Shown here piece by piece: positions 34,302 to 34,693 of a stretch of 34,693 nt of DNA. The notes beneath the pieces were generated by a model. That model made no database searches, was not told the DNA's origin, and was given only the letters and a program-made list of their open reading frames with translations. Position numbers and translations under genes: made by a program. The first letter of the stretch is position 1, and every line of letters starts with the position of its first letter. This DNA is from a virus (taxonomy: Duplodnaviria; Caudoviricetes). Location: the IMG/VR virus record IMGVR_UViG_3300011335_000154, positions 1-34,693 of that record, one strand, 5' to 3'.

Positions 34302-34543
34302 CTAAAGAAGAAGTTTACAAAATGGCACAAAAGGCTAATCTGCCAGCTTGTCACATAACGCACCCCAAAGCACTTGAACGTTTTGCTATCTTAGTTGCAA
34401 AACAACAGAGAGAGGAAGACGCAAAACTGGTCGAAAACATGACTTTAGAATGGCCCGATCAACCAGAATTTGCCCAAGTAGAGAGAACAACTATAAAAGA
34501 TTGCGCCAAAATTATCCGACAAAGGGTCGTTACCTATGATTGA
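34298..34543 (+). CDS. Hypothetical protein (FAxLV paralog family)
   Basis: MTKEEVYKMA...FAILVAKQQRE. Confidence 0.7.
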   Translation: MTKEEVYKMAQKANLPACHITHPKALERFAILVAKQQREEDAKLVENMTLEWPDQPEFAQVERTTIKDCAKIIRQRVVTYD

Positions 34544-34693
34544 ACAAAAGAAAGACGCACCAGGCAACCCGCCCTACTGGGTGTGTACTAACTGCAAATG
34601 GGCTTTTCAGGCTTTGCAAGAGGCTAACGAGCATGGTAGGAGATGCGGTAGAGATAAACCAGCCCCTACATACCGACACTATGAACGGGAGAT
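34497..34693. repeat. Terminal direct repeat copy 2
   Basis: Identical to 1-197. Confidence 0.97.

Overview
The window is an apparently complete, circularly assembled dsDNA tailed phage genome. Bases 1-197 repeat exactly at 34497-34693, so the unique length is 34,496 bp. The layout is podovirus-like. A + strand late arm carries terS, terL, an HNH gene, portal, a 1676-aa fibre, scaffold, major capsid protein, tail tube/nozzle, three ejection-type proteins and a lysis cassette (Rz with nested Rz1, GH19 endolysin). A - strand early arm carries a Sak3/DUF1071-like recombinase, a small SSB-like protein and many small modular ORFs. A + strand replication arm carries a DUF1376 initiator with internal iterons, a Mom-like DNA-modification enzyme, RusA and a Ref-like nuclease. 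I recognised no integrase, CI repressor, DNA polymerase or helicase. CTGT-N8-ACAG boxes and gene content suggest a beta- or gammaproteobacterial host (inference). The most unusual signals are non-coding: (1) a back-to-back array of operator-like sites, including two LexA boxes, plus a G-quadruplex motif upstream of terS, at the point where strand composition flips; (2) an AGGGT-WW-ACCCT palindrome abutting the -35 of several candidate promoters, symmetrically at the early divergent switch; (3) two candidate structured RNAs, one a pseudoknot/uORF leader of the replication initiator and one a loop-E hairpin after the SSB-like gene. All family assignments come from motif recognition, not database searches.
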